Virus record (IMG/VR): IMGVR_UViG_3300042878_001080
Coordinates: 29,329-93,328 of that record
Strand: one strand, 5' to 3'
Length of the DNA stretch: 64,000 nt
DNA from: a virus
The notes below the pieces were generated by a model that saw nothing but the letters and a program-made list of their open reading frames with translations, made no database searches and was not told the DNA's origin. Positions 59,935-64,000 of this stretch are shown in pieces. Position 1 is the stretch's first letter, and each line of letters starts with the position of its first letter. A program made the translations under genes and the position numbers.

Positions 59935-60304
59935 TCAATTAAGTAGTGTCAAAGAATATTGTAAATTAAACAATATTGAGGATGTGGATAAGTTCATAAC
60001 CAAATGTTATACCGAAGGGTTTAACATAAAAAAATATGGACTACTTGGAGACGATTCAGGAAAAACAGATATTGTTGGTGAAAAACAGGTAGAAATTGAG
60101 GTAATTCGTGAAATACGGGTAGAAGTTCCGATTGAAGTTATTAAAGAAGTTATAGTGGAAGTTCCTGTCACAAATATAGATAAAATTTGTGACAAACCTG
60201 AATCAAATGATAAGGTAAAACTTCTCCAAGAAACTTTACAGAAACTTAGAAAAGAACTATCTTTAAAGAACTTAAGGATTGAAGAACTTGAAAAAAATAA
60301 ATAA
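59909..60304 (+). CDS. Hypothetical protein with EVIKEV/VEVP repeats and coiled coil
   Basis: EIEVIREIRVEVPIEVIKEVIVEVPV. Confidence 0.65.
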   Translation: MQQIKLTSSQLSSVKEYCKLNNIEDVDKFITKCYTEGFNIKKYGLLGDDSGKTDIVGEKQVEIEVIREIRVEVPIEVIKEVIVEVPVTNIDKICDKPESNDKVKLLQETLQKLRKELSLKNLRIEELEKNK

Positions 60305-60319
60305 ACTAAATAATATAAT

Positions 60320-60670
60320 ATGATTAAAATTTTAACTTGGTTCATTTTAAGCTACGGGCTTATGAACATTATGGTCTATGGGTCAATTTTTCAGGGATTC
60401 AGAAACTTTTTTAAAAAATGGGGGGAAATAACCGTAATACCTTTTTATGAGGTGGGTAACTTCATATCGGGAATATTATCATGTCCAATGTGTTTTAGTA
60501 CATGGGGTGGATTTGTATTATCTCTTACAGTATTCTCGCCAACATATGAATTGTTCTCAACACCACTATGGATTAGTTGGTTCTTTGATGGGATTTTATC
60601 CTCTGGAGCTGTATGGGCTATAAACGCAATTGTAGAATGGTTTGAAGTTAATAGACCATCAAAAAATTAA
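60320..60670 (+). CDS. Membrane protein with CxxC (DUF1360-like)
   Basis: Three hydrophobic segments; ILSCPMCFSTWGG. Confidence 0.6.
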   Translation: MIKILTWFILSYGLMNIMVYGSIFQGFRNFFKKWGEITVIPFYEVGNFISGILSCPMCFSTWGGFVLSLTVFSPTYELFSTPLWISWFFDGILSSGAVWAINAIVEWFEVNRPSKN

Positions 60671-60673
60671 AAT

Positions 60674-61267
60674 ATGAAACGTAATGTAGGTGAAATAGTT
60701 ATTAAGTATCTAAGTAATAAAACTGAGACAAGAAATATCATTAAATGTGATGATTTTTTTAATTTAATTGGTATGATGGGATTTAGAGATGAAAGTCAAG
60801 AGGTTATCGATATTATTGATTACTTAGAAGATAACAAAACAGATATTAATTTTCACGGAGCAAAGACTAATGATTATTATAATAGGTTTAGGAATATTGA
60901 AAAAAAAGTTCAGTTATCTAAAATATTAAAAGGTTCTAAAACGGAAGTCCAAAAACTGATTGAAAAGGTTGGTAATATTAAAATTGAAGAGAGACCGGAT
61001 TGGTTGGATTATTATCGTAATGATGATGACGATGATGTACCACCCCCACCAATCTCAGAAAGAGATAAAAATTTAGGTCAAAGTATTATTGATAGATTAA
61101 CTGGTAAGATTAAAGACCGACTTGATAATGAACCGGGAATGACTTTAGAGGAAATTCAAAGTATGGTTGATGTTGAAATGGGTCTTAGTGATGAACAGAT
61201 GGAACAATTGAGAAACGCTCCGGATATTACTGAAGAACAAATAAATGAAATTAGAAATAACAATTAA
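60674..61267 (+). CDS. Hypothetical acidic protein
   Basis: 197-aa ORF. Confidence 0.7.
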   Translation: MKRNVGEIVIKYLSNKTETRNIIKCDDFFNLIGMMGFRDESQEVIDIIDYLEDNKTDINFHGAKTNDYYNRFRNIEKKVQLSKILKGSKTEVQKLIEKVGNIKIEERPDWLDYYRNDDDDDVPPPPISERDKNLGQSIIDRLTGKIKDRLDNEPGMTLEEIQSMVDVEMGLSDEQMEQLRNAPDITEEQINEIRNNN

Positions 61268-61279
61268 ATAAAAACAATT

Positions 61280-61537
61280 ATGCCAAAGTCAAAATTACGT
61301 GGTGGAGCAAAGGCTCACAAAAAAAGAGTTACATTAAGAAATCAAAACCTTAATGGGATGAGAAAGAAAGCTCAAACAGAATATAAAGAAATGTTTGAGA
61401 AACAAATGGAGGTATTAAAGGCTCAGTATCAAAATGATAATGGTGAGATGATGGATATTAACGCTGAGGTTCTCGGTGATGTAAATGAAATTAACGTGAC
61501 CGATGCTGAGGTTGTAACACCTGAGGTTGCTGTATAG
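61280..61537 (+). CDS. Hypothetical protein with basic N-terminus and acidic C-terminus
   Basis: 85-aa ORF. Confidence 0.7.
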   Translation: MPKSKLRGGAKAHKKRVTLRNQNLNGMRKKAQTEYKEMFEKQMEVLKAQYQNDNGEMMDINAEVLGDVNEINVTDAEVVTPEVAV

Positions 61538-61547
61538 TAAAACACAA

Positions 61548-63917
61548 ATGGATTTATTTAATCCCCCATTAGAATTTAATTACACAATAATGACAAAAGA
61601 TTTAGATATTACAAGTTTTGATAATCCTTACCTACAGATTGTATGGGAGGATTATGCGGAAAACTTTACACAAGAAAAGATAAAGAGTGTTCGTCATTAC
61701 TTCCAAAAGAAGTACAACACAACCAACGTCAACGTAATCACGAAGACAAAGGTTGCTGACGACACCACACATACCGTAGACATATCCTTTAACATCTTAG
61801 ATGAGAACTATCAATTAGAATTAGTTCGTTCATTCTTGGAGTCAAAAGGAAATATGGAACACTATGATGATATCTACCAACTTAATAGTATTGTGGATAA
61901 CAAATTGTTACAGGACCAAACCGATGCCACTCCGTTTAAGAGGTGGTATATTAAGAACATCGAGTTCTCAAACTTCTTATCCTATGGTGAGAATCAGAAG
62001 ATAGACTTTGAGAAGTGTGATGGGATTACGGTTGTTGAATCAAATCCACCTAACTTTGGGGGTAAGACAGTTTTGACTGTGGATTTACTTATGTTCTTAT
62101 TCTTTAATGAGACCACCAAGACATCCAAAGCGGAGGAGATATTCAACAGGTTTACGGACAGAAACAAAGTTGCGGTAAAAGGTGAGATTACAATCGATGG
62201 TGAGGAATATATCATATTGAGAAATATTGAGAGAAAGTTATCAAAGAAAAACGAATGGACGGTTAAAACCGAGTTGGACTTCTATAAAAGATTGTCTGAT
62301 GGTAGTTTACAAAACTTCACCGGAGAACAACGAAGAGAGACCGAGGCGTTTATCAAAACATCTATCGGAACCAAAGAGGACTTCTTAATGACCATCCTAA
62401 CAACTGCCACCAACTTGGAAGAACTAATTGATGCCAAACCCACAGCGAGGGGTCAAGTTCTTTCAAGATTTATGGGGTTGGATTTCCTTAAACGTAAGGA
62501 AGATGCAGCCAAAGAAATTTATAGTGACTTTTCCAAAGGAATGTTGTCGAACATCTATAACTCGGAACAACTTAAAACGGATAATCAAACTAATCAAGAT
62601 ACGATTGATACTCTAACGGAAACTAATCTTACATTAGGTACTCAATTAGAAGATGTTAAATCAAGAATCGTTAAAGGTCAGGAGTATAAAGACGGATTAT
62701 TAAACTCCAAACACAATATTGATAGAGATTTAACATTGGTATCACCGGATAAAGTCCAAGAGGAAATTAATGGGTTGGACATACAGAAAACCAAATCCAT
62801 TTCAGATAGAGATGGGGTTAAGGTTGTTGAACCATCTGAATTTTACCACGAGGACAAACACGATGAGGTAAAACAAGAGATTAAGGACTTGATTACCAAA
62901 CAAGCGGAGAACAATGCCAAGATTAAAAGTATTGAAGAACTTAAGAGTTCGGTTGATGGTGGAATCAAATGTGAACACTGTGGCATTGAATTGATGAACG
63001 CGGCTATAACCAATGCCAAAATTGGTGAACTTGCCGGATTTATCACGCACAAAGAGGAATTATCGGGGTTAATGCGTGAGTTAACCGGCAGAGAAGAAGG
63101 TTTTGTTAATCTTAAAAAGGAATTTGATGAGTATGAGAAAAACAAACTTATCAAAGAGAAATATGAATTAAGTGTTGAACGTTTCCAATTGATGATTGAT
63201 GCGTTAAAAACCAAATTGGAAAGATACTCTGAAGTTCAGGATAAGATTATTGAAAACAATAAGACAGATGGATTGTTGATTAAAGCGGGGATTAGAATTG
63301 ATGAACTTGAGGGTGAGAAGAAAACTATTGAAACTAGTATCTCAAACAATAAGTTTACAATGACTAATTTAACCACCAAGATGATTTCTAACTTGGAAAC
63401 AATTAGAAAAATTGCTGAGGAGGCCGAGAGAGAAAGAATCTACAAAATCTATTTGGAAATCTTTGGTAAGAATGGTGTGACTAAACTTATAATGAAGACG
63501 ATGATGCCATTGATTAATAGTGAACTTCAAAGATTGTTAGAGGATAGTTGTCACTTTAGATTAGAAGTTAAGATTAACGATAAGAATGAGGTTGACTTCC
63601 TTATGATAGACAACAACACTCAGGTTGAGAAACCGATGGCATCCGGTTCCGGGTATGAAAGAAGTATTGCTTCGCTAGCGTTAAGAGCCGTGTTAAGTAA
63701 GATATGTTCATTACCAAGAGCAAACGTAGTTGTGTTTGATGAGGTCTTTGGAAAGATATCCAACGACAATTTAGAGATGGTATCTGAGTTCTTTGGTAAG
63801 ATTAAGGAATACTTTGAGAAGATATTTGTTATCACTCATAATCCTTTAGTTACCAATTGGGCAGACAACGTTGTTAGGATACGAAAAGAAGAAAATATTA
63901 GTTACGTTTCCCAATAA
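61548..63917 (+). CDS. sbcC: SbcC/Rad50 (gp46-like) ATPase with ~130-aa N-terminal extension
   Basis: IEFSNFLSYG, NFGGKT, Zn hook CEHC, SGSGYE, VFDEVFG, VITHN; start moved to ATG 61548. Confidence 0.9.
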   Translation: MDLFNPPLEFNYTIMTKDLDITSFDNPYLQIVWEDYAENFTQEKIKSVRHYFQKKYNTTNVNVITKTKVADDTTHTVDISFNILDENYQLELVRSFLESKGNMEHYDDIYQLNSIVDNKLLQDQTDATPFKRWYIKNIEFSNFLSYGENQKIDFEKCDGITVVESNPPNFGGKTVLTVDLLMFLFFNETTKTSKAEEIFNRFTDRNKVAVKGEITIDGEEYIILRNIERKLSKKNEWTVKTELDFYKRLSDGSLQNFTGEQRRETEAFIKTSIGTKEDFLMTILTTATNLEELIDAKPTARGQVLSRFMGLDFLKRKEDAAKEIYSDFSKGMLSNIYNSEQLKTDNQTNQDTIDTLTETNLTLGTQLEDVKSRIVKGQEYKDGLLNSKHNIDRDLTLVSPDKVQEEINGLDIQKTKSISDRDGVKVVEPSEFYHEDKHDEVKQEIKDLITKQAENNAKIKSIEELKSSVDGGIKCEHCGIELMNAAITNAKIGELAGFITHKEELSGLMRELTGREEGFVNLKKEFDEYEKNKLIKEKYELSVERFQLMIDALKTKLERYSEVQDKIIENNKTDGLLIKAGIRIDELEGEKKTIETSISNNKFTMTNLTTKMISNLETIRKIAEEAERERIYKIYLEIFGKNGVTKLIMKTMMPLINSELQRLLEDSCHFRLEVKINDKNEVDFLMIDNNTQVEKPMASGSGYERSIASLALRAVLSKICSLPRANVVVFDEVFGKISNDNLEMVSEFFGKIKEYFEKIFVITHNPLVTNWADNVVRIRKEENISYVSQ

Positions 63918-63920
63918 AAG

Positions 63921-63951
63921 TTTGGGAAACATAATTTTTTTATTATCTTTG
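63921..63951 (+). promoter_or_regulatory. Bacteroidota-type promoter TTTG-N19-TATCTTTG
   Basis: Same elements and spacing as 55896-55926; the -33 box lies in the GTTTCCCAA/TTGGGAAAC hairpin; ATG at 63983. Confidence 0.65.
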
Positions 63952-64000
63952 TAACATAATATATAACTTAAACGTATAACGTATGAATGGTTTAACCAAA

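Noticed and set aside
1653-63835. Short antisense or nested ORFs in the track (e.g. 4021-4293, 4976-5320, 46286-46480, 56435-56803, 62843-63214)
   Set aside because: They lie inside or across long, well-supported genes and look like codon-bias shadows
1-64000. Stop-codon reassignment
   Set aside because: Multi-kb ORFs are intact in the standard code, and TAA, TAG and TGA all end genes at sensible positions
1-64000. tRNA or rRNA genes
   Set aside because: Intergenic gaps are short and AT-rich; the GGTTCGA matches noticed fall inside coding regions with no cloverleaf

Overview
AT-rich, densely coding segment of a large myovirus-type (jumbo-like) phage genome in the standard genetic code. Layout: contractile-tail module (1-18 kb), replication/recombination and nucleotide module (SSB, RecA, 5'-3' exonuclease, helicase, class Ia RNR; 19-28 kb), baseplate wedge and giant Cys-rich tail/adhesin genes (28-47.6 kb on +, 47.6-55.9 kb on -), then primase, PD-(D/E)XK nuclease, SbcD and SbcC (55.9-64 kb). 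A Bacteroidota host is inferred from TTTG-N19-TATCTTTG promoters, A-rich leaders without Shine-Dalgarno, and SprB/BspA domains. No capsid, portal, terminase, tRNA, CRISPR or reverse transcriptase seen. Highlights: (1) a twice-repeated cassette of a small ribbon-helix-helix-like gene plus an HNH nuclease, with its own leader; (2) a probable programmed frameshift in the gp26/gp51-like tail chaperone; (3) a TATTTATA motif upstream of most structural genes, often only 3-4 nt from ATG; (4) a pure-AT 14-bp array flanked by convergent promoter-like elements; (5) in-frame inverted Thr-Pro linker repeats that could swap adhesin C-termini; (6) an Mre11/Rad50 pair split at an unusual point. All protein assignments come from reading motifs by eye; no searches were run.
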